32,000 nt of DNA from Ignicoccus hospitalis KIN4/I (GTDB lineage Archaea; Thermoproteota; Thermoprotei_A; Sulfolobales; Ignicoccaceae): contig NC_009776.1 in assembly GCF_000017945.1 (NCBI RefSeq), positions 810,001 through 842,000 on the forward strand, given 5' to 3'. The translations under genes and the position numbers were made by a program. This document shows, one piece after another, positions 31,954 through 32,000 of this stretch; position 1 is the stretch's first letter; each line of letters opens with the position of its first letter. The notes below the pieces were generated by a model. That model was not told the DNA's origin. It saw only the letters and a list, made by a program, of their open reading frames with translations, and searched no databases.

Positions 31954-32000
31954 TCTATGTAACCCATGGCCCTCAAGTAGCCTTCCTCGCTGCCGTACTT

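Noticed and set aside
31950-32000. Minus-strand open frame at the right edge (…KYGSEEGYLRAMGYID-stop, TAA at 31950-31952)
   Set aside because: It is probably the 3' end of a real gene, but only 16 codons are visible. It can be neither identified nor supported.
1-32000. Search for tRNA/rRNA genes, CRISPR repeats, transposase/integrase genes, and long direct or inverted repeats
   Set aside because: I found no T-loop/acceptor patterns, no regularly spaced repeats and no mobile-element-type ORFs. The only notable repeat is the 20-mer inside the ferredoxin domain, reported separately. The window looks like core chromosome rather than an accessory island.

Overview
The window is a very compact, gene-dense stretch of archaeal chromosome: about 37 protein genes in 32 kb on both strands. 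I base the archaeal call on archaea-type genes: Cbf5, Nep1, PurP, NadM-type NMN adenylyltransferase, ATP-dependent DNA ligase, an AfpA/DmrX-like flavoprotein, an MptE-like kinase and an ArcS-like DUF5591 protein. K/E/R/V-rich proteins, frequent TTG/GTG starts, 4-nt start/stop overlaps and A/T-rich boxes about 25-30 nt upstream of start codons suggest a hyperthermophilic crenarchaeon, perhaps Desulfurococcales-like. That placement is inference only, since no database search was possible.

Most of the content is housekeeping:
- Translation and RNA modification: gatA, argS, cbf5, nep1, a Trm5-family enzyme.
- Amino-acid and cofactor biosynthesis: trpF, trpE, leuC/hacA, argD/lysJ, ribH, purP, nadM.
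- DNA ligase, a fluoride channel, and a metal-type ABC binding protein with its permease.

I found no rRNA, tRNA, CRISPR array, transposase or integrase.

The most interesting locus is 20236-24942. It is a four-gene operon joined by TTGA/GTGA/TTGA start/stop overlaps. It is headed by a leucyl-tRNA-synthetase paralog that has lost both class-I catalytic signatures (HIGH and KMSKS). Two uncharacterised proteins follow, one with a C-x3-C-x4-C-x3-C motif and one with a phosphatase-like C-x5-R motif. The last gene is a Trm5-family tRNA methyltransferase.

Secondary candidates:
- An AAA+ ATPase with a novel N-terminal domain, coupled to a small C2H2-like zinc-finger protein.
- A Roadblock/LC7 protein with no GTPase, paired with an acidic protein ending in seven arginines.
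- An MptE-like / AfpA-ferredoxin (DmrX-like) pterin pair.
- A possible C/D-box sRNA in the only long non-coding gap.

All functional calls rest on motif and family recognition by eye. Starts are often ambiguous because the ORF track takes the longest ATG/GTG/TTG option.
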